Assembly (NCBI RefSeq): GCF_900095195.1 | Contig: NZ_LT606950.1 | Location: 240,001 to 272,000, forward strand | From: Polynucleobacter necessarius | GTDB lineage: Bacteria; Pseudomonadota; Gammaproteobacteria; Burkholderiales; Burkholderiaceae | Direction of reading: 5' to 3' | Length of the DNA stretch: 32,000 bases | Shown here: in pieces, positions 9,150 through 17,806 of the stretch | Position numbering within the stretch: position 1 is the first letter of the stretch | Layout of the letters: each line of letters starts with the position of its first letter | The notes under the pieces: generated by a model | What the model was told of the DNA's origin: nothing | Database searches by the model: none | The model's input: the letters and a program-made list of their open reading frames with translations, nothing else | Program-made: the position numbers and the translations under genes

Positions 9150-10142
9150 GTGTTTAAAAATTCCTCATTATTAATTACTGGCGGCACGGGTTCATTTGGT
9201 AATGAGTTTCTAGCATCCTGCCTTTTAAATGACGATATTAAAAAAGTTGTCATTTTTTCACGCGATGAAATGAAGCAGTGGGAAATGTCGAAGAGATTTA
9301 GTCATGAACCTAGAGTTCGCTTTTTTATTGGCGATATCAGAGACAAAGATAGGCTCATGCGTGCATTGGATGGTATTGATTATGTTGTACATGCCGCAGC
9401 ACTTAAGATTGTTCCAACAGCTGAGTACAATCCATTTGAATGTATCAAAACTAATATTTTAGGAGCAATGAATTTAATAGATGCCTGTATAGATAAGGGC
9501 GTAAAGCGTTTAGTGGCCTTATCTACAGATAAGGCAAGCAGCCCAATTAATTTATATGGGGCAACAAAACTTGCTTCTGATAAATTGTTCGTGGCAGCTA
9601 ACTCTTATTCTGGTCAGCACGATACTAGATTTTCGGTCGTTCGATATGGCAATGTCATGGGTTCCAGAGGCTCTGTGATACCTTTTTTTTGGAACATGCG
9701 TGATCAAAAGGAATTGCCAATTACTGATCTAGCAATGACGAGATTTATGATTACCCTTGACCAGGGGGTCAAACTGGTTTGGAATGCACTTGAAGACATG
9801 CATGGTGGCGAGATATACGTAAAGAAAATTCCTTCTATGAAAGTGATTGATATTGCCCATAACATCGCCCCTATGGCGCAGCATAAAATCGTTGGGATAC
9901 GCCCCGGAGAGAAAATTCATGAGCAGATGATTGGGATCGAGGATGCGGCTTTCACATACGAGTACGATGATTTTTACAAGATACTACCAAGTATCAACCT
10001 TCGAGGAGATATCGAGCTAATGTCGCGTGGCGGAAAATTAGTGGATAAAAACTTTTCCTATACGAGTGACAATAATACCGATTGGATGCAACCTAAAGTT
10101 TTAGCTGCTTGGATTAAAGCAAATTTATCTAAAGAGATATAA
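9150..10142 (+). CDS. pseB: UDP-N-acetylglucosamine 4,6-dehydratase (inverting)
   Basis: GTG start. LLITGGTGSFGNEF, YGATKLASDKLF (YxxxK) and RYGNVMGSRGSVIP are typical PseB/FlaA1 signatures. About 330 aa. Confidence 0.9.
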   Translation: MFKNSSLLITGGTGSFGNEFLASCLLNDDIKKVVIFSRDEMKQWEMSKRFSHEPRVRFFIGDIRDKDRLMRALDGIDYVVHAAALKIVPTAEYNPFECIKTNILGAMNLIDACIDKGVKRLVALSTDKASSPINLYGATKLASDKLFVAANSYSGQHDTRFSVVRYGNVMGSRGSVIPFFWNMRDQKELPITDLAMTRFMITLDQGVKLVWNALEDMHGGEIYVKKIPSMKVIDIAHNIAPMAQHKIVGIRPGEKIHEQMIGIEDAAFTYEYDDFYKILPSINLRGDIELMSRGGKLVDKNFSYTSDNNTDWMQPKVLAAWIKANLSKEI

Positions 10143-10143
10143 G

Positions 10144-11295
10144 TTGATTCCTTACGCGCGCCAAAGTATCTCGGAGGAAGATATTGAAGCTGTCAATAGA
10201 GTCCTAAAATCAGATTTTCTTACTCAAGGCCCCGTAGTACCCCTCTTTGAAAATGCAATTAAGAAATACTGTAAGGTTGATCACGCAGTAGTTACGAGCA
10301 GCGCAACATCAGCACTTCATATTGCTTGCATGGCTTTAGATGTTGGCCCTGGTGATCTGGTGTGGACTAGCCCAAATTCTTTCGTAGCCTCTGCTAACTG
10401 TGCGTTGTATTGTGGTGCGCAGATCGATTTTGTTGATATTGATTCAGTTACCATGAATATATCAATTGAAAGTCTAGCTGCTAAATTGAAGCTGGGCAAA
10501 ATCCCCAAAGTAGTAATCGCAGTCCATTTTGCAGGAACCTCCTGTGATATGCGATCAATCAAAAGGCTTTCTGATCAATATGGTTTTAAGATAATTGAGG
10601 ATGCCTCTCATGCGATTGGAGGAAGTTATATTAATAATAAAATTGGATCGTGCGAATTTAGCGATGTCACGGTACTAAGCTTTCATCCAGTTAAGATTAT
10701 TACTACTGGTGAGGGCGGCGCCTTATTGACCAATGATGAGAAGATAGCCGATAGGGCGGTGCTTTTAAGATCTCATGGTATCAACAGGGCACTTACCAAA
10801 AGTGATTCTCAAAATAAACCCTGGTTTTATGAGCAAATTGAATTGGGGTTTAACTATCGAATGACAGATATACAAGCTGCGCTTGGGCTTTCTCAGCTTG
10901 AGCGCATTAATGAATTCGTGGATAAACGTCTAATGATTGCGTCAAAGTATGAATTTATGCTTTCTCCTATAGGCTTAAAGTTGCCTGAATTGAGCAGGAA
11001 TAAAGGCTCTGCGTATCATCTTTATGTCATTCAAATACCTGACATATCGGAAGTTCAAAAAGTCTTGATTTTTAAAGGTCTTAATAGTTTGGGGATAAGT
11101 GCAAATGTTCACTATATTCCAATTCATCTCCATCCCTTCTATAAAGCTTTAGGATTTCAAATTGGGGACTTTCCAATTGCTGAAAAATATTATCTCGAGG
11201 CGTTAAGTTTGCCAATGTATCCGGGGTTGGCCGATAAAGACCTCGAACATATCTGCTTCTCATTGAAAACAATGTTAAATCAAAAACTAAATTGA
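10144..11295 (+). CDS. pseC: UDP-4-amino-4,6-dideoxy-N-acetyl-beta-L-altrosamine transaminase
   Basis: TTG start. MIPYARQSISEEDIEAVNRVLKSDFLTQGP is the characteristic PseC N-terminus. PLP-Lys context SFHPVKIITTGEGG. Lies immediately after pseB. Confidence 0.9.
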   Translation: MIPYARQSISEEDIEAVNRVLKSDFLTQGPVVPLFENAIKKYCKVDHAVVTSSATSALHIACMALDVGPGDLVWTSPNSFVASANCALYCGAQIDFVDIDSVTMNISIESLAAKLKLGKIPKVVIAVHFAGTSCDMRSIKRLSDQYGFKIIEDASHAIGGSYINNKIGSCEFSDVTVLSFHPVKIITTGEGGALLTNDEKIADRAVLLRSHGINRALTKSDSQNKPWFYEQIELGFNYRMTDIQAALGLSQLERINEFVDKRLMIASKYEFMLSPIGLKLPELSRNKGSAYHLYVIQIPDISEVQKVLIFKGLNSLGISANVHYIPIHLHPFYKALGFQIGDFPIAEKYYLEALSLPMYPGLADKDLEHICFSLKTMLNQKLN

Positions 11296-12185
11296 TTAAT
11301 AAATTTACCAAAAGAATTTCAATTGGAACTGCTCAATTTGGAAGCGCTTATGGAATCGCAAATAGAGTTGGGGAGGTTAGCGAAGACCACATCGCAGAGA
11401 TGTTGACACAAGCAAAATTAAATGGAATTAAAAAATTAGATACAGCACCCTCTTATGGAAATGCTGAGTCTAAATTAGGTAAGTACGGGGTTAAAGATTT
11501 TGAAATTACTACTAAGGTCTCAAAAATTCCACCCGAAGTCGATGATATTCGTGGCCATATAACCAGAGAAGTTGATAGCTCCATTATAAGGCTTGGAGTA
11601 AATTGTATAGACACAGTGTTATTTCATAATGAAAAAGATTTGGAAGGTCATCGGGGTTACTTAGCATATCAAGCGCTGTATGATCTACAGCTTCAAGGAC
11701 TTGTAAAAAAAATTGGAGTTTCGACTTACTTTAGTGACAGTTTAGAGGCAGCGCTAAGAGAATATAAATTTCAAACTATACAGGTGCCATACAGCATAGT
11801 TGATAGAAGGCTGGAATTTTTTAATTCAAGGTTAGATCTTTATGGGATTGGCATTCAAGCTAGGTCTATTTTTTTACAAGGACTTCTTCTTTTGCAAGCA
11901 AAAGAAGCTATGAAGAGATGCAAAGCATGGGGTAGTAAAGCAGCCGCTTGGAGCTTATTTTTGAATGAAAATAAATGTGCCGCTTATGATGCGGCCCTTT
12001 ATTTCGGGTTATCAAATAGCAATATAGAGACATTTGTGGTGGGTCTGGACAGTTTAGAGCAATTGCAAATGCTTTTGTACTCATTAAAAAGTTTTAATGG
12101 TAACAAATGGCTTTCAATTGAACAGCTAAAGTCTGAAGATGAGAATTTATTAAATCCTTTTGCGTGGAAGAGACTCGATGAATAA
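11292..12185 (+). CDS. Aldo/keto reductase family oxidoreductase
   Basis: ISIGTAQFGSAYGIAN and LDTAPSYGNAE (the Asp/Tyr of the AKR tetrad). TTGA overlap with the pseC stop. Confidence 0.75.
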   Translation: MINKFTKRISIGTAQFGSAYGIANRVGEVSEDHIAEMLTQAKLNGIKKLDTAPSYGNAESKLGKYGVKDFEITTKVSKIPPEVDDIRGHITREVDSSIIRLGVNCIDTVLFHNEKDLEGHRGYLAYQALYDLQLQGLVKKIGVSTYFSDSLEAALREYKFQTIQVPYSIVDRRLEFFNSRLDLYGIGIQARSIFLQGLLLLQAKEAMKRCKAWGSKAAAWSLFLNENKCAAYDAALYFGLSNSNIETFVVGLDSLEQLQMLLYSLKSFNGNKWLSIEQLKSEDENLLNPFAWKRLDE

Positions 12186-13491
12186 AAGTAAAAAAGGTTT
12201 GGAACTATGGGGCCGGGCAAAAAAAGTGATCCCCGGCGGAAATATGTTGCTGTCCAAGAGATCGGAAATGTTTCTTCCAGAGAGGTGGCCCAGCTACTTT
12301 GATAAAAGTCGTGGTTGCACGGTCTGGGATTTAGATGGGAACTCTTATGTTGATATGTCGATAATGGGGATTGGAACCAACAGTCTAGGTTATGGGCATA
12401 AAGATGTTGATAAAGCTGTCATGGAGGTGGTTCAAAAAGGCAATATGTCAACCTTTAACTGCCTTGAGGAGGTTCTCCTTGCTGAAAAACTATTAGAGCT
12501 TCACCCATGGGCGGACATGGTTCGACTTGCGAGGACAGGTGGCGAGGCAAATGCAATAGCAATACGCATTGCGCGTGCGGCATCAGGGCGTGATGGGGTG
12601 GCAATATGTGGCTATCATGGTTGGCATGATTGGTATTTATCTGCAAACATACGTAATAATAATCAACTTTCCGATCATCTTTTACCCGGACTATCACCGA
12701 ATGGTGTTCCAAACAATCTTGGAGGAACGGTATTCCCATTTAGGTATAACAATACTGATGAATTTATGAAGGTCATTACCGAAAATGATATCGGGGTAGT
12801 CAAAATGGAGGTATGTCGCAATGAGCGTCCAGCACCAGGTTTTTTAGAATTTATACGCGATGAAACCAAGAAGCGTGGAATTGTGCTGATTTTTGACGAG
12901 TGCACCTCTGGATTCCGAGAAACATATGGGGGGTTGCATTTGAAATATGGCGTTAACCCTGATATGGCAGTATTTGGAAAGGCGCTAGGTAATGGGTACG
13001 CTATTACAGCGGTAATCGGATCAAAAAATATTATGGAGGCAGCGCAATCAACCTTCATAAGCAGTACTTTTTGGAGCGAGAGAATTGGACCCGCAGCAGG
13101 TATTGCAACTTTAGATGTAATGAAGAAACTTAAATCATGGGAAATAAATTCAGAGACTGGAGAGAGAATAAAAGAGCTCTGGAAATTAATTTCTATAGAA
13201 AATAAAGTGCCGATTAAAGTTTCAGGATTATCTTCGATACCATCATTTAGTTTTGATTCACCCAATCACTTGGCTTTGAAAACATTTTTGACTCAAGAGA
13301 TGTTAAAAAAGGGTTACTTAGCTACACCTCTGATCTTTGTATGCACTAAACATGAAGAACTGATTGTCAAAAGATATGGCCAAGTTCTCAATGATGTATT
13401 TCGTGAAATAAGTCACCTACATGAATTTGAACAAATAGTTAGCCGTTTGGATGGACCGGTATGTCATGATGGTTTTAAAAGACTAAACTAA
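12178..13491 (+). CDS. Class III PLP aminotransferase (glutamate-1-semialdehyde 2,1-aminomutase-like)
   Basis: VIPGGNMLLSKRSEMF...WDLDGNSYVDM, FDECTSGFR and FGKALGNGY (PLP Lys). I place the start at ATG 12178 (MNKSKKG...), which overlaps the upstream stop. Confidence 0.8.
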   Translation: MNKSKKGLELWGRAKKVIPGGNMLLSKRSEMFLPERWPSYFDKSRGCTVWDLDGNSYVDMSIMGIGTNSLGYGHKDVDKAVMEVVQKGNMSTFNCLEEVLLAEKLLELHPWADMVRLARTGGEANAIAIRIARAASGRDGVAICGYHGWHDWYLSANIRNNNQLSDHLLPGLSPNGVPNNLGGTVFPFRYNNTDEFMKVITENDIGVVKMEVCRNERPAPGFLEFIRDETKKRGIVLIFDECTSGFRETYGGLHLKYGVNPDMAVFGKALGNGYAITAVIGSKNIMEAAQSTFISSTFWSERIGPAAGIATLDVMKKLKSWEINSETGERIKELWKLISIENKVPIKVSGLSSIPSFSFDSPNHLALKTFLTQEMLKKGYLATPLIFVCTKHEELIVKRYGQVLNDVFREISHLHEFEQIVSRLDGPVCHDGFKRLN

Positions 13492-13530
13492 GAACAGCTA
13501 TTCGATTGCAAGATTGAACTAAAATAAAAA

Positions 13531-14571
13531 ATGAAAATAGGCAAACATACAATTTCAAGCATTACAGATCCGCTGATTATTGCAGAAGTATCAGGTAATC
13601 ATAATGGTAGTTTAGATATTGCACTTAAGTTAGTAGATGCGGCAGCGCAAGCTGGAATTAAAGTCATTAAATTGCAGACATATACACCCGATACCATCAC
13701 TATGAATCATGATGGTAAGGAGTTTTTAATTGAAGATAGAAAAAGTTTATGGTTTGGTAGAACTTTATACAACCTATACAAAGAAGCATATACTCCATGG
13801 GAGTGGCAGAAGGAGATTTTTTTGCACGCATCCAGGATGGGCGTGCAGTGTTTCAGTTCAGTATTCGATGAATCCTCGGTAGATTTTTTAGAGTCAATTG
13901 AATGTCCAGCCTATAAGATTGCATCTCAAGAATGCGTACACATACCGTTAATTGAGTATGTAGCTCAGACTGGTAAGCCCATCATTATTTCGACTGGAAT
14001 GGCATCTTTAGGTGAAATAGAAACTGCAATTAATGCCTTTTCAAGAAAAAGTTCTGCTGCTTATAGCATCATGAAGTGCACAAGCCAATATCCGGCAGAT
14101 CCAAGAAATTCAAACGTTCTCACAGTTCCCTACATGAAAAAAATATTTGGTTGCGAGGTGGGGCTTTCAGATCATACTTTGGGTGTAGGTGCCTCGTTGG
14201 CTGCAATTGCACATGGCGCAACATTCATAGAAAAACATATTACGCTCAGCAGAAAAGATGGTGGAGTTGATGGCGCATTTTCCCTTGAGCCAAACGAATT
14301 CAAAATGCTCAATGATGAGGCATCGAGAGTGAAACTTTCTCTTGGAAAAGTGAGGTTTGGCCCAGTCGAAGATGAAATTGCCTCCCTTCAAGGAAGGCGC
14401 TCAATTTACGCAGCGGCCGATATCAAAGCGGGTGAAAAATTTACTAAAGATAACATTCAAGTAATCAGGCCATCAGGTGGCATTGAACCAAAATCATACC
14501 GCCTAATTTTAGGCAAATCCGCTATAAGCGATATAAAAAGAGGTACGCCTTTAAATTGGGATTTGATGTGA
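13531..14571 (+). CDS. pseI: Pseudaminic acid synthase (NeuB family)
   Basis: IIAEVSGNHNGSLDIALKLVDAAAQAGIKVIKLQTYTPDTIT plus a C-terminal SAF-like domain (RRSIYAAADIKAGEKFTKDNIQVIRPSGG). About 346 aa. Confidence 0.9.
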   Translation: MKIGKHTISSITDPLIIAEVSGNHNGSLDIALKLVDAAAQAGIKVIKLQTYTPDTITMNHDGKEFLIEDRKSLWFGRTLYNLYKEAYTPWEWQKEIFLHASRMGVQCFSSVFDESSVDFLESIECPAYKIASQECVHIPLIEYVAQTGKPIIISTGMASLGEIETAINAFSRKSSAAYSIMKCTSQYPADPRNSNVLTVPYMKKIFGCEVGLSDHTLGVGASLAAIAHGATFIEKHITLSRKDGGVDGAFSLEPNEFKMLNDEASRVKLSLGKVRFGPVEDEIASLQGRRSIYAAADIKAGEKFTKDNIQVIRPSGGIEPKSYRLILGKSAISDIKRGTPLNWDLM

Positions 14572-14624
14572 ACAAGCTAAGTAAATGGCTAAAGACAGCG
14601 CAAATAAGCAGCTTGGTTAAAAAT

Positions 14625-14660
14625 AAAACTATTTGAAATTTTGATTTCAAATAGTTTTTT
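14625..14660 (+). terminator. Rho-independent-type hairpin closing the pseF...pseI gene block
   Basis: Perfect 11-bp stem ctatttgaaat (14629-14639) / atttcaaatag (14644-14654), 4-nt loop, then T6 (14655-14660), preceded by A4. The stem is AT-rich, so stability is modest. Confidence 0.5.
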
Positions 14661-14761
14661 GTAGCGATAATTAGTCTGCAAATGTGTTAAAAGACCAGGC
14701 TTCGCACCGAGCCATAATTAATTTAGATTTAAGAAAAGTTCCAAAATTTTTTATTTTTGCT

Positions 14762-15787
14762 ATGACAAAAAGTGATAAAGATATTAAGAAGTTGACTATT
14801 GTATTGCCGACATACAATGCAAGAAAATCCATTACAAGGGCCGTGGATTCAGTTCTAAATTTGCTGAATGATTCAGAACTTAGTACAGAGCTAATTGTAA
14901 TTGATGATTATTCAGATGATGATACATTCGAAATAATTAATAAAAATTATTCAGCATTTTCTAACATATATATATATAAAAATGCAAAGAATGAAGGCCC
15001 AGGAAAAACAAGAAATAGCGCATTAGAAAAAATTTCAAGCGGGTATGTAGGGTTTATTGATTCGGATGATCAGTTAAACCCTACCACCTATAAAAAAGCA
15101 TTCCTAGATGGTTTGATCAAAAATGCTGATTTAATAACATTTGATGTTGCAACTATTATGCCAACAAAATCAATACTCAGATATGACTATGATAGAGTTG
15201 GGGGTGATAAATTTAATTTGGTTAGAAATTGCATCAAAGGGGATCTGGATGGATCTGTAATATTTAGTATTTACAAAAAATCAATGCTTGATAACTTTAG
15301 AATAAAGTTTTCTTCAAACTACTATGAGGACATAGTATTTAATTATTCGGCTATTATGTCCTCCGATAGTATTCATGTGGCAAAAGAAATTTGCTACAAA
15401 AAATACTGCACTCCAAAATCAATACTAAACTCAATATCTGAAAAGCATATTGACGGAATGATAGACGCTTCTATCTTGGTTAGAGATTTTGCAATTCGTA
15501 ATGGTTACTCTACATATAAAGAATTTAAATCTGATTTCGACTATTGTCTTTCTGGTTATATTGCCTCATTAGTTATAGATATCTTGAAGCATGAAAAAAG
15601 TATCGATCGATCTATCAGTCTTCTAAAATATCTTCACCAAAAGCTAGAGCGTTGTTTTAGAATGGGAAATATAGCCACGAGAGTCGATACCAAAAAAGAC
15701 AGATTAAGTAATTTTTTCATAAATAATTTTGATACTAGTAGGTTAAATATAACCATTGGTCGGTTAAAGGAGTTGATTGAATTATGA
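14762..15787 (+). CDS. Family 2 glycosyltransferase
   Basis: LTIVLPTYNARKSITRAVDSVLN, LIVIDDYSDDDT and GFIDSDD (DxD). Start placed at ATG 14762 (MTKSDKD...), whereas the ORF track begins at 14684. Confidence 0.8.
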   Translation: MTKSDKDIKKLTIVLPTYNARKSITRAVDSVLNLLNDSELSTELIVIDDYSDDDTFEIINKNYSAFSNIYIYKNAKNEGPGKTRNSALEKISSGYVGFIDSDDQLNPTTYKKAFLDGLIKNADLITFDVATIMPTKSILRYDYDRVGGDKFNLVRNCIKGDLDGSVIFSIYKKSMLDNFRIKFSSNYYEDIVFNYSAIMSSDSIHVAKEICYKKYCTPKSILNSISEKHIDGMIDASILVRDFAIRNGYSTYKEFKSDFDYCLSGYIASLVIDILKHEKSIDRSISLLKYLHQKLERCFRMGNIATRVDTKKDRLSNFFINNFDTSRLNITIGRLKELIEL

Positions 15788-17100
15788 AAACAAAAAGTTG
15801 CATATATTTACAAAAAGCAGTTTACTTTGCTCCCTCTGAAATAAGGGCTTGCTGCCAAAGATTTTTCTACAAGGATCAATTAAAAGGTGACGCAGTATTG
15901 CTCAAAGCCAAAAACAAAAATGTTTCTTATAGCGAAATACTTGACGCAAAGAGAGAGCTAATAAACTTAATCAATAGTAATGAGGAAAATCAGTGCACTG
16001 GCTGCCCCCACATTAAAAAATCAGATTGGCCTCCGGTCGAGTTTGAGTCGGTGAATGTTTGTTCTATTGAGGATCATTCATTGTGTAATATGCGCTGCTC
16101 GTATTGTTCTGATACATTTTATGGTGGTGAAGCTCCACAATATAACTTAAAAAACATTTTGGATGAGATGCGCCCAGATGAAAACCTTCATATTGCATGG
16201 GGAGGTGGGGAGCCAACATTGCGTAAAGATTTTGAAGACCTCTTCTTGGATGTCACTTATAAATTAAATCCCAAAACCCAAAGGGTATTTACTAACGCAT
16301 TAATCTACTCGCCATCTATGCAGAGGGTAATTGATGCAGGTTTGACATCAATTACAACTAGTCTTGATGCTGGTACTGAAGAAACTTTTATTAAAGTTAG
16401 GGGGGCTAAAAAAATCAATAGGGTATTCGCAAATCTTTCTAGGTATAGTCAATTAAGACCAGACTTATGTACGATAAAGTACATTTTTACTGATGATAAT
16501 TGCTCAATTCATGAGATTGAAAGTTTTGTGGGCAAGGTAGAAGAAAATAGACTTCAAGCGTGCAATTTTCTAATAAGCACTGACTTTAAATTGCAAAGTC
16601 TACATGAAAACAAAGTCAAAGGAATAAGTTGGCTTTATTTCCTTTTGGTATCAAAAGGAATAGTTTCGATTACATTTGATGATCATATTTTCGCTAGACT
16701 CAGATCAATAATGCCAAGATTACGAGCGATATTGCAGGATTTCATTTCCTGCAAATCAGAATCAGGGCTTGGCAGCTTAAAAGAATTGATTGATAACTAT
16801 GCTGGCGTTGAAAATGAATTGCCAATTTATGTATGGGGAACCGGAGAATTTGCCAAATTTTTATTATCTTCATCTGAAATGCTGAGCAATAAAAGGATAA
16901 AAATATTAGGCTTTGTGGATGGAAATAGTAATTTATGGGGCGAAGAATTTGATGGATTTAAAATTTTAGACCCCAAAATTTTACTTAACTCAAATGCAAA
17001 GATTCTAATTGCATCAGCAAATCATTATGGTGAGATTGTTAATAGTGTCTTAAAGATGGGAATTGGTCGAGAAAGAATAATCCCCAATTTTATACTGTAA
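15784..17100 (+). CDS. Radical SAM enzyme with N-terminal Cys-rich region and C-terminal Rossmann-like domain
   Basis: CNMRCSYC (CxxxCxxC, codons 16084-16107) and GGGEPTL (SAM-binding GGE motif). Extra Cys residues at CC (ACCQRF) and CTGC lie upstream of the core. The C-terminal IYVWGTGEFAKFL...ILGFVDGNSNLWGEEFDGFKILDP resembles the nucleotide-binding N-domain of NeuD/PglD-type proteins. ATGA overlap with the GT2 gene. Confidence 0.8.
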   Translation: MKTKSCIYLQKAVYFAPSEIRACCQRFFYKDQLKGDAVLLKAKNKNVSYSEILDAKRELINLINSNEENQCTGCPHIKKSDWPPVEFESVNVCSIEDHSLCNMRCSYCSDTFYGGEAPQYNLKNILDEMRPDENLHIAWGGGEPTLRKDFEDLFLDVTYKLNPKTQRVFTNALIYSPSMQRVIDAGLTSITTSLDAGTEETFIKVRGAKKINRVFANLSRYSQLRPDLCTIKYIFTDDNCSIHEIESFVGKVEENRLQACNFLISTDFKLQSLHENKVKGISWLYFLLVSKGIVSITFDDHIFARLRSIMPRLRAILQDFISCKSESGLGSLKELIDNYAGVENELPIYVWGTGEFAKFLLSSSEMLSNKRIKILGFVDGNSNLWGEEFDGFKILDPKILLNSNAKILIASANHYGEIVNSVLKMGIGRERIIPNFIL

Positions 17101-17267
17101 CTTGATTATTGAGAAATTAATACCGCTTAAGCTGTTGTCTAATTTTTGAAGTTCTGATAAGTATGACCACGTAAGTTTTATTCGTGACAAAAGAGCACCT
17201 TTCCATGTTGATTCACCGCGTTGCCTGGGTTTTTCGGTGGGATTTACAATTAACCAATTGGGATTGC

Positions 17268-17777
17268 TTAAGTAAGAGATAGCAAAGAAATAAAGTGCAG
17301 AGGTTTTTTGGTGCAGACCCAAGAGCCATTTATTAATGCATCAATAATGTGACCTTCATTAATTTCGCCCCCAGTGAGTTCATTGCTGCATCCAATTGTA
17401 TTGGAGTTGAAGTAATCTTTAATGCAGGTGTTAACCCATTGCCTTCCAAAATAAGTGTATGCAATTTGGCCCTTGTCAATGAAAAAAGAGTCTGCATTTT
17501 TGAAATATGGTGATGATGGCGTTTTTAAATGTACAAACACATTTTGAAGGTCTATGTCTTTAGGCTGAATTTGAATTAGATTATGAATATCATGTCCTAA
17601 GTAGGATCTTCCGTTAAGAATGAAAACATCAATTTCGACTGAGAAGCCTTCTTTAAGGCATTTTTTTATGCTTAGTATAGAATTTTCGGCCCAATGCATG
17701 TCATACATGGCTCTATGAATAATGATTTTAGATTTTGATATTTGTTCCGGCATATTTTTTCGATTGTGGGTATCCAA
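17268..17777 (-). CDS. Glycerophosphodiester phosphodiesterase (GDPD)-like protein, possibly truncated by a frameshift
   Basis: IIIHRAMYDMHWAENSILSIKKCLKEGFSVEIDV...LGHD carries the GDPD HR / EN / ExD / HD signature. It is the only minus-strand gene in the island. At 169 aa it is short for the family (see finding). Confidence 0.5.
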   Translation of the reverse strand: MDTHNRKNMPEQISKSKIIIHRAMYDMHWAENSILSIKKCLKEGFSVEIDVFILNGRSYLGHDIHNLIQIQPKDIDLQNVFVHLKTPSSPYFKNADSFFIDKGQIAYTYFGRQWVNTCIKDYFNSNTIGCSNELTGGEINEGHIIDALINGSWVCTKKPLHFISLLSLT

Positions 17778-17806
17778 AACTCTATTTTATTATCAAGGAT
17801 TAATTG

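Noticed and set aside
12675-13265. 196-aa minus-strand ORF antisense to the class III aminotransferase gene. Similar antisense ORFs lie at 2341-2703, 4645-4947, 9729-9920 and 23224-23496.
   Set aside because: Each lies entirely inside a well-supported plus-strand gene with clear family motifs. Their translations are low-complexity with no recognisable motif, RBS or partner genes. They are typical shadow ORFs.
15784-17100. Radical SAM protein considered as a viperin-like antiviral (pVip) defence gene.
   Set aside because: It is translationally coupled to a GT2 gene inside a glycan locus. It has extra N- and C-terminal domains unlike compact viperins, and no nucleotide kinase or other defence neighbours.
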